DNA from: Acidobacteriota bacterium
GTDB lineage: Bacteria > Acidobacteriota > UBA4820 > DSQY01
Reading direction: 5' to 3'
Length of the DNA: 64,000 nucleotides
NCBI GenBank assembly: GCA_049967655.1
Contig: JBMFSH010000010.1
Span: 1 to 64,000 of the forward strand
In this document: in pieces, positions 56,903 to 64,000 of the stretch
Numbering within the stretch: position 1 is the first letter of the stretch
How the letters are laid out: the number at the start of each line of letters is the position of its first letter
Notes under the pieces: generated by a model
Told to the model about the DNA's origin: nothing
Seen by the model: only the letters and a program-made list of their open reading frames with translations
Database searches by the model: none
Position numbers and translations under genes: made by a program

Positions 56903-57101
56903 GAGGGGGAGCTTGAATTCGGAAGGTGGAAGGAGAAGATATAAACCACCAAGACACCAAGGCACTGAGGAATTGGGATTTGAGAATTGGGGAAACCCAG
57001 GCGAGGGCTCCCACACCGGCGGGAAATCCATCGCCGAATTTGGGCGTCCAGCATCTCGCGGCCCGCGACCAGCGACGCGGCAGCTGTTTTCAGGCCGGCG
57101 T

Positions 57102-59567
57102 TCAGTTTCGGGAGCCGCGCTCGCGGCTGAGGAGGGCGGCGGCGGCGTTGGGTTCGACGGGGCCGTGGAAGTAGAAGCCCTGGGCGAAGTCGCATTGGAT
57201 GCCGCGCAGCAGCTCCGCCTCTTCCACGGTCTCCACGCCCTCGGCCACGACCACGAGTCCGAGGTTCTTGGCGAGCGCCACGATGGTCCGCACGATCTCC
57301 ATGTTCTGGCTGCTGCGGCCGATGCCGGAGATGAAGGAGCGGTCTATCTTGAGGGCGTCGATGGGGAACTGGTGCAGGTAGCTGAGCGAGGAGTAGCCGG
57401 TCCCGAAGTCGTCGATCTGCACCCTCACGCTCAGCGCCCGGAGCGAGGAGAGCACCGCGATGGCCGCCTCGGAGTTCTCCACGATGGTTCCCTCGGTGAT
57501 CTCGATGCCCAGCGATCCACCCTGGAGGCCCGCCTGGAAGAGGGCCCGGTTCACCTGCTCGATGAGGTCCGGCTGGGCCAGGTTCCGGCTGGAGAGGTTC
57601 ACGCTCACGGTGATAGGGGAGGCGGAAGGGAAGCTGGACTGCCAGGCGCTGGTCTGTCGGCACGACTCGGCGAGCACCCATTTCGCGATGGGGACGATGA
57701 GGCCCGTCTCCTCTGCGACGGGGATGAACTCCTCGGGGAGGACGAGCCCGCGCTTGGGATGCTGCCACCTCAGCAGGGCCTCGAAGCCCGCGATCTTGCC
57801 GGTGGCCATGGAGACGATGGGCTGGTAGTGGATGCGGAGCTCGCGCCGTTCGAGGGCCCTGCGCAGGTCGTTCTCGGTCTGGAGGACCTGAACGGCGCTC
57901 TCGTGCATGGAGGCGTCGAAGATCTCGTGCCTGGCCCGCCCGCGCGACTTGGCCTTGTACATGGCCGTGTCCGCGTCCCTCAGGAGCTGCTCGGGTGTGT
58001 CGTAGCCGCGGGTGCTGAAGGCGATGCCGATGCTGCACGTGGCGTACACCTCGTGTCCGCACACGCTGAAGGCGGCCTCGAGCTCGTGGTGGATCCGGGA
58101 GGTGAAGCCATCCGTCTCTCGCTCGGTCCGGATGTTTTCGAGGAGAATCCCGAACTCGTCTCCGCCGAGGCGCGCCAGGATGTCGTCGGAACGGAGGCAG
58201 CCCTTGAGCCTCTTGGCCACGGCCACCAGAAGCTCGTCACCCGCCACGTGGCCCAGGCTGTCGTTCACGAACTGGAAGCGGTCCACGTCCAGGAACAGGA
58301 GGGCGAAGGCGTAGCTCGGGTCCAGGCGGGAGCGGAGGATGGCGGCCTGCAGCCGCTCCAGGAAGAGGAAGCGGTTGGCCAGCCCCGTGAGCCCGTCTAT
58401 GGCGGCGTCGTGGCGGATCTGCTCCTCGCCCATCTTGCGGTCGTTGATGTCGACGAGGGTGCCCGTGAGGCGCAGGGGCGTACCGTCTTCGGAGCGGAAG
58501 GCCAGGCCGCGGCAGGCCACCCAGACGTAGCTGCCGTCCTTGTGCTTCAGGCGGTGCTCGCAGTCCACCATGGCGCTCCGGCCCTCCAGGTGGGCCTCGA
58601 TGGCCGCCTGGAGGAGTTCGCGGTCGTCGGGATGCACGCGGCCGAGCCACTCCTGGACGCCGCTTCCCACCTCCGCCTCCGCGTGGCCGAGCATCTCCTT
58701 CCAGCGGGGCGAATAGTCGATCTCCTCGGTGCGCAGGTTCCAATCCCAGAAGCCCTCGATGGCGCCCCTGGCGGCGAGGGCGAAGCGGGCCTCGCTCTCC
58801 CTCAGGGCCTCCTGGGTGCGCTTGACCTGGGAGACGTCCTCTATCAGGCCGTCCATGACCAGTTGCCCGTTGTGGGATGATCCGATGCTCTCGGTGAGGA
58901 GCACCCAGATCACCTCGCCGTCCATGCGCCGGAGCTTGAGCTCGGTCCGGTGGATGTGGCCGTGGTGGCGCATCTGATCGAGCAGCCTCACCCGGTCGTC
59001 GGCTCCGACGAAGAGCTCCTGGAGCCTGACTCCCTGCGCCTCCAGAAGGCTCTGGAACCCGAGCATCCGGAGAAAGGCGGGGTTGGCCTCGAGGATCTGG
59101 CCGTCCGCCGTGGAGCGGAAGATGCCCACGTTGATGCGCTGGAGGAGGCCGTTCAGCCGGCGCTCCAGCCTGACGGACTGGGTCCTGGCCCGGGACCGGC
59201 CGATCAGGCCGAGGATAGTGGATTGGAGGCGGCGCAGGTAGCCCGGCGTTCGGAGGATGTAGTTGTCCAGCCCACGGCGCAGGGCCTCGACGGCTTCGCT
59301 CTCCCGGCTCGGGGTGGTCAAGAGGACCGTGGGGCATTCCGGGTGGAGGCCCCGGATCTCCTCCACGAGCCCGCGGACCTTGGCCCAGGGAACGGAGCCA
59401 TCCAGGATCACGACGTCAAAGCCCGACTCAGCGAGGCGCTCGTGGAGTGCCTCCGGAGTCGCGGCAACCTTCAGATCAAGATCGGGGAAATCTTCAGAGA
59501 GGGCCTTTTTCAGCGGGAGGCGGGCGCCAGCTTCGTGCGTCACCAGCAGGACCGCCAATTTCTCCAC
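57102..59567 (-). CDS. REC-PAS-PAS-GGDEF-EAL c-di-GMP metabolising protein
   Basis: RSDD I-site, ARLGGDEF, FEALLRW, EITE, DDFGTGYSSL; GGAGG RBS before GTG 59567. Confidence 0.93.
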   Translation of the reverse strand: MEKLAVLLVTHEAGARLPLKKALSEDFPDLDLKVAATPEALHERLAESGFDVVILDGSVPWAKVRGLVEEIRGLHPECPTVLLTTPSRESEAVEALRRGLDNYILRTPGYLRRLQSTILGLIGRSRARTQSVRLERRLNGLLQRINVGIFRSTADGQILEANPAFLRMLGFQSLLEAQGVRLQELFVGADDRVRLLDQMRHHGHIHRTELKLRRMDGEVIWVLLTESIGSSHNGQLVMDGLIEDVSQVKRTQEALRESEARFALAARGAIEGFWDWNLRTEEIDYSPRWKEMLGHAEAEVGSGVQEWLGRVHPDDRELLQAAIEAHLEGRSAMVDCEHRLKHKDGSYVWVACRGLAFRSEDGTPLRLTGTLVDINDRKMGEEQIRHDAAIDGLTGLANRFLFLERLQAAILRSRLDPSYAFALLFLDVDRFQFVNDSLGHVAGDELLVAVAKRLKGCLRSDDILARLGGDEFGILLENIRTERETDGFTSRIHHELEAAFSVCGHEVYATCSIGIAFSTRGYDTPEQLLRDADTAMYKAKSRGRARHEIFDASMHESAVQVLQTENDLRRALERRELRIHYQPIVSMATGKIAGFEALLRWQHPKRGLVLPEEFIPVAEETGLIVPIAKWVLAESCRQTSAWQSSFPSASPITVSVNLSSRNLAQPDLIEQVNRALFQAGLQGGSLGIEITEGTIVENSEAAIAVLSSLRALSVRVQIDDFGTGYSSLSYLHQFPIDALKIDRSFISGIGRSSQNMEIVRTIVALAKNLGLVVVAEGVETVEEAELLRGIQCDFAQGFYFHGPVEPNAAAALLSRERGSRN

Positions 59568-59730
59568 CCAACGCCTCCGTGGGACATGCCCGTGTCGGGC
59601 ATCGCAGCAGGCCGATGACCGGCTACGCCCCCGCACGCCGCTGCGAGGAAGCTACCACAAACCCGGGGCGGCCACAACGGAGGTTTTGCCGCCGCAAAGG
59701 CGGCGGGGACCGGGGGCGAAAGGGAGGGGA

Positions 59731-59762
59731 AACAAAGAGGGCGGGCCGAGCGGCCCGCCCTC
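59731..59762 (-). terminator. Intrinsic terminator after the RND gene
   Basis: GAGGGCGGGCC-loop-GGCCCGCCCTC followed by TTTGTT on the minus strand. Confidence 0.75.
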
Positions 59763-59786
59763 GGATGCGCGGAGAAACCCTTCGGA

Positions 59787-62700
59787 CTACTTGACCTCTG
59801 GAATCGTGGACCCGTTCGCCGAACGCGACAGGCGCCCGCTGAGGAGCGACTGGAGGCGGTCCATGTAGAGGTAGAAGACCGGCGTCACGAACAGGGTTAG
59901 GAACTGGGAGAAGAGCAGGCCGCCGACGACGGCCAGGCCCAGGGGGCGGCGCGATTCGGCGCCGGCGCCCATGCCCAGGGCGATGGGGAGCGTGCCCATG
60001 AGGGCCGCCATGGTGGTCATCATGATGGGCCGGAAGCGAATGACGCAGGCTTCGTAGATGGCTTCGGCGGCGGGCTTGTTCTCTTTGCGCTGGGCCTCCA
60101 GGGCGAAGTCGATCATCATGATGCCGTTCTTCTTCACGAGGCCCACGAGCATGATGATGCCCACGAATGCGTAGATGGAGAGGTCCACGCGGAAGATGAG
60201 CAACGTAACCAAAGCGCCGAAACCGGCGAAGGGGAGAGCCGAGAGAATGGTCAGAGGGTGAATGAAACTCTCGTAGAGGATGCCCAGCACCAGGTAGATC
60301 ACCAGGATTGCCAGCAGCAGGAGCCAGCCCAGGCCCTTGGTGCTCGCCTGGAAGGCCTGCGCCGTGCCCTGGAGGCTCATGGTGAGGGTGGGTGGGACGA
60401 TGCCCCTGGCCAGCTTCTGGACAGCGTCCACGGCGTTTCCGAGGGGGGTGCCGGGAGCGAGGTTGAAGGAGACCGTCACGGAGGGGATCTGGCCGGTGTG
60501 GTTGATGGAGAGGGGGCCGAGGTCGCGCGTGATCTTGGCCACCGCGTCGAGGGGCACCACTTTCCCCGAGGAGGAGGGAACGTACAGCATGGAGAGGGCC
60601 GACGGATCCGTCTGGAAACGGTCCTCCAGCTCGAGGATCACCTGGTAGGTGTTGTTGGGCGCGTATATGTAGGAGATCTGCCGGGAACCGTAGGCGTCGT
60701 AGAGCGTGTTTTCTATGGCCTCGGCCGTGACACCGTAGGACGAGGCCTTGTCCCGCTCGATCTGGACCTCCACCTGGGGGTTCTTGATCTGCAGGTCGCT
60801 GGTGACGTCGATGAGGCCGGGCAGGGCCCTCATCTTGTTCTCCAGCTCGGTGGCCACGCTGTAGAGCTCCTGCGTGTCGGAGCCCTGGAGCGTCACCTGG
60901 TAGAGGCTCTTGGAGAGGCGCCCGCCGATCTGGATGGGCGGCGGGTTCTGGATGAAGGCCATGATGCCCGGCACCGACATGAGCTGGGGCCGCATCCGGG
61001 CGATTTCTTGGTCCACGCTGAGCTTGCGCTCCGACAGGGGTTTGAAGCGGATGAAACAGATGCCTTGGTTGGGGGCCAGGAAGCCTCGGCTCCCCGCCGT
61101 GGAGAAGAAGGCGTCCACGTCCGGATTGGCCTGGATGATTCGGTTGATGGCCTGCTGATGGCGGATCATGGCGTCGTAGGAGATGCCCTCCTTGGCCTGG
61201 GTGAAGACCATGGCGCGGCTGGCGTCCTCGCTGGGCAGGAAGCCCTTGGGGATGACGACGAAGAGCCAGCCCGTGAGCACCAGCACGACGGCCGAGAAGA
61301 TCATCACCAGCCGCCGGTGGCCGATGGACCACTTGAGCCCGCGCTCGTACCAGCCGAGCATCCAGTTGAAGCCCCTTTCGGAGAGGTCGTAGATGCGGCC
61401 GTGGTGGACCTCCGACTGGTGTTTGAGAAAGCGGCTGGCGAGCATGGGCGTGAGGGTCAGCGAGACGAAGCCCGAGATGAGGATGGCCGATCCGATGGTG
61501 ACGGCGAACTCGTGGAAGAGCCGCCCCACGATGCCCCCCATGAAGAGGACGGGAATGAAGACGGCCACCAGGGAGAAGGTCATGGAGAGGATCGTGAAGC
61601 CGATCTCCTTGGACCCTTCCAGGGAGGCCTCCAGGATGCCCTTCCCCATCTCCATGTGCCGGACGATGTTCTCGAGCATGACGATGGCGTCGTCCACCAC
61701 GAAACCGACCGCCAGGGTCAGGGCCATCAGCGAGAGGTTGTCCAGGCTGTAGCCCAGCAGGTACATGAGGGCGAAAGTTCCCACCAGCGACATGGGCAGG
61801 GCCAGGCTCGGGATGACCGTGGCGGACACGTTCCGCAGGAAAAGGAAGATGACCAGGATGACCAGGATGAGGGTCAGCAGGAGGGTGAACTTCACGTCCG
61901 AGACGGACTGCTTGATGGAGGTCGAGCGGTCGTACAGGGTGTGAAGCGTCACGGAGGCGGGGATCTGCCGCTCGAAGGTGGGAATCAGATCCTTGACCGC
62001 CTGGGCCACAGCCACGGTGTTGGTCCCCGGCTGCCGCTGGATGGCCAGGACCACGGATCGCTGGTTGTGGGTGTGGTCGATGTACCAGGCGGAGGTCTTG
62101 TCGTTCTCCACGCTGTCGAGCACGTGGCCGAGGGCCTCGAGGCGCACGGGCTGGCCGTTCTGATAGGTCACGATGAGAGGCCGGAAGGCGGAGGCGTCCT
62201 CGAGCTGGCCGCTGGCCTGCACCGTGTAGGAGACGTGGGGCCCGTAGAGCGTTCCCGTGGGCAGGTTGACGTTCCCGCTGGAGATGGCGTTGGCCACCTG
62301 ATCGAGGCTGATTCCCTTGTTGGCGAGCTTGTTGGGGTCCATCTGCACGCGGACGGCGTACTTCTGCGAACCGTAGACCTGCACCTGGGCCACGCCGCTC
62401 ACCATGGAGATGCGCTGGGCCATGAGGGTCTCGCCGTAGTCGTCCACCTGGCTCATGGGGAGCGTGGGGGAGGTCAGGGCGAGGTAGAGGATGGGCTGGT
62501 CCGCGGGGTTCACCTTCTGGTAGGAGGGCGGCGTCGGCATGCCGGTGGGGAGCTGGCCCTGGGCCACCGAGATGGCCGACTGCACGTCCAGGGCTGCGCC
62601 GTCCAGGCTGCGATCGAGGGCGAACTGCAAGGTGATCGAGGTGGAGCCCTGGTAGCTCGTGGAGGTCATGGAGTCGATGCCCGCGATGGTGGAGAACTGC

Positions 62701-62906
62701 TTCTCCAGCGGCAGGGCCACGGCCGAGGCCATGGTCTCGGGGGTGGCGCCGGGGAGGGAGGCGCTCACCTGGATCGTGGGGAAGTCCACGTTGGGCAGGT
62801 CGTTGACGGGCAGGAGCCGGTACCCCGTGATGCCGAAGAGGAGGATGGCCAGCATGACAAGCGTTGTCATGACCGGCCGCTTGATGAAGAGCGCGGAGAT
62901 GTTCAT
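59787..62906 (-). CDS. RND efflux permease (MdtB/MdtC-like)
   Basis: FIKRPV, GFVVDDAIVMLENI, KKNGIMMIDFA, RFRPIMMTT. Confidence 0.95.
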   Translation of the reverse strand: MNISALFIKRPVMTTLVMLAILLFGITGYRLLPVNDLPNVDFPTIQVSASLPGATPETMASAVALPLEKQFSTIAGIDSMTSTSYQGSTSITLQFALDRSLDGAALDVQSAISVAQGQLPTGMPTPPSYQKVNPADQPILYLALTSPTLPMSQVDDYGETLMAQRISMVSGVAQVQVYGSQKYAVRVQMDPNKLANKGISLDQVANAISSGNVNLPTGTLYGPHVSYTVQASGQLEDASAFRPLIVTYQNGQPVRLEALGHVLDSVENDKTSAWYIDHTHNQRSVVLAIQRQPGTNTVAVAQAVKDLIPTFERQIPASVTLHTLYDRSTSIKQSVSDVKFTLLLTLILVILVIFLFLRNVSATVIPSLALPMSLVGTFALMYLLGYSLDNLSLMALTLAVGFVVDDAIVMLENIVRHMEMGKGILEASLEGSKEIGFTILSMTFSLVAVFIPVLFMGGIVGRLFHEFAVTIGSAILISGFVSLTLTPMLASRFLKHQSEVHHGRIYDLSERGFNWMLGWYERGLKWSIGHRRLVMIFSAVVLVLTGWLFVVIPKGFLPSEDASRAMVFTQAKEGISYDAMIRHQQAINRIIQANPDVDAFFSTAGSRGFLAPNQGICFIRFKPLSERKLSVDQEIARMRPQLMSVPGIMAFIQNPPPIQIGGRLSKSLYQVTLQGSDTQELYSVATELENKMRALPGLIDVTSDLQIKNPQVEVQIERDKASSYGVTAEAIENTLYDAYGSRQISYIYAPNNTYQVILELEDRFQTDPSALSMLYVPSSSGKVVPLDAVAKITRDLGPLSINHTGQIPSVTVSFNLAPGTPLGNAVDAVQKLARGIVPPTLTMSLQGTAQAFQASTKGLGWLLLLAILVIYLVLGILYESFIHPLTILSALPFAGFGALVTLLIFRVDLSIYAFVGIIMLVGLVKKNGIMMIDFALEAQRKENKPAAEAIYEACVIRFRPIMMTTMAALMGTLPIALGMGAGAESRRPLGLAVVGGLLFSQFLTLFVTPVFYLYMDRLQSLLSGRLSRSANGSTIPEVK

Positions 62907-62976
62907 GGCGTCTCCTCTACGCGTAGGCCCTCAGGGAGCCGGGCGGATTGGGGGGTTGGGCGCCGGAGGTCCGCTC

Positions 62977-63001
62977 GTAGAGGCACTCTCCGGAGCGCGA
63001 T
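62977..63001 (+). repeat. GTAG-type REP-like palindrome, copy 2
   Basis: GTAG-AGGCA-CTCTCCGGAGCGCGAT in the MFP-RND spacer. Confidence 0.6.
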
Positions 63002-63036
63002 TCTTGGGCTCCCAGGCGCGGCCGGTCTCCCGTTCA

Positions 63037-63999
63037 TCACTTCCCGCCTCCCGGCGCGGGCGAGCTTCCCGCGTCTTGCGTGGGGGCGGGGCCGCTCTTG
63101 ATCTCGACCTTCGCCCCGGGGAAGAGCCGGAGCTGGCCGTCGGTGACGACCTCCTCGCCGGCCTGGAGTCCCTTTTCGATGATGGCTTCGTCGTTTCGCC
63201 GCTGGCCCACCGTGACGGGCCGCATCTCGACGGTGCGATCGGGTTTGACCACGAAGAGGTAGGTGCCCTGCTGCCCTTCTTGGACGGCCTTGTCCGGCAC
63301 CACGACGGCCCCCTTCTGCGTGCCGAGCGTCAGGGAGACCTGGACAAAGGAGCCCGGCCAGAGTGCCTTGTCCTCGTTGGGAAAGGTAGCCTTGAGCAGG
63401 ATCATGCCGGTGTTGGGGTCGACCGTGTTGTTGATGAGGCTTAATTCGCCCTCGAAGGTGGCGCCGCCGGAGGGCAGCACAGCCGAGACCTTCAACGGCC
63501 CGCTGGCCTGCTGGCGGCGGATCTCGGGCAGTTCGGATTCGGGGACCGAGAAGTTCACGTAGATGGGGGTGATCTGATTGAGGACGAGAACGGGCACGTC
63601 GTTGGCCTTTATCACGTTGCCGAGCTGCACGAGGAGGTTGCTCGTCCGTCCCGGAATGGGGGCGCGGACCGTGCAGTAGCCGAGGTTCAGCCGCGCCGCC
63701 TGCACGGCCGCCTCATCGGCCTGGGCGGACGACCGGAGGGCGTCGGCGGCGGCCACCGCGTTATCGAAGTCCTGCTTGGTGATGTAATCCTTTTTCACCA
63801 GGTCCGCGTAGCGCTTGGCTTGGGCCTCGGCGCTCACCAACTGGGCCTTGTCCCTGGCCAGGATCCCCTGGGCCTGCTGGAGGGCGGCCTCGTAGGGACG
63901 CGGATCGATGACGAATAGAACATCGCCCTTCTTGACGTCCTGGCCCTCCTTGATGGCGATCCGGGTGATCTCGCCTCCTACGAGGGGCTTGATGCTGAC
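63037..63999 (-). CDS. RND membrane-fusion (periplasmic adaptor) protein, MdtA-like; 5' end beyond the window
   Basis: Frame open to the window edge: VSIKPLVGGEIT...EGQDVKKGDVLFVIDPRPY; VRAPIPGR; LWPGSFV. Confidence 0.92.
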   Translation of the reverse strand, partial: VSIKPLVGGEITRIAIKEGQDVKKGDVLFVIDPRPYEAALQQAQGILARDKAQLVSAEAQAKRYADLVKKDYITKQDFDNAVAAADALRSSAQADEAAVQAARLNLGYCTVRAPIPGRTSNLLVQLGNVIKANDVPVLVLNQITPIYVNFSVPESELPEIRRQQASGPLKVSAVLPSGGATFEGELSLINNTVDPNTGMILLKATFPNEDKALWPGSFVQVSLTLGTQKGAVVVPDKAVQEGQQGTYLFVVKPDRTVEMRPVTVGQRRNDEAIIEKGLQAGEEVVTDGQLRLFPGAKVEIKSGPAPTQDAGSSPAPGGGK

Positions 64000-64000
64000 G

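Noticed and set aside
60258..63101. 947-aa ORF antisense to the RND gene (similarly 16297-18663, 37381-39558, 20908-22689, 56736-58880, 50748-52571, 13769-15964)
   Set aside because: Shadow ORFs on the opposite strand of well-supported genes; expected with high GC3 codon bias; no recognisable motifs

Overview
GC-rich, gene-dense bacterial chromosomal segment. The lineage is possibly Acidobacteriota, but that is only a tentative impression from protein motifs. It is mostly housekeeping: AddAB-like recombination pair, gpmA, fused otsAB, Tex, Era, a beta-oxidation operon, trpEGDCFBA-aroF with a ribosome-dependent attenuator, a REC-PAS-PAS-GGDEF-EAL protein and an RND pump. I found no rRNA, tRNA, CRISPR array, integrase or transposase. 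The most notable locus is at the left end (about 0.5-9.3 kb). There a translationally coupled operon encodes an FHA-sensor-AAA+ sigma54 activator, a FadL/PorV-like outer-membrane barrel and a receptor-topology Ser/Thr kinase (signal peptide-TPR-PEGA-PEGA-TM-kinase). It is divergent from a consensus sigma54 promoter that drives a non-catalytic secreted multidomain protein followed by a GT-C glycosyltransferase. This is a candidate trans-envelope Ser/Thr-phosphorylation-to-sigma54 circuit. Intergenic DNA holds several families of short repeats: phased octamer arrays, heptamer arrays, a 9-mer-based 40-nt inverted pair around an ECF sigma cassette, and GTAG REP-like and dRS3-like palindromes. Other items of note are a standalone SIR2-like NADase, an lva/ACAD10-11-like phosphotransferase-ACAD-SDR module, an ACAD-SCP2 fusion and a truncated Fsr-type MFS relic. 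Many starts were moved from the ORF track to RBS-supported codons. All family calls come from motif recognition by eye, not database searches.
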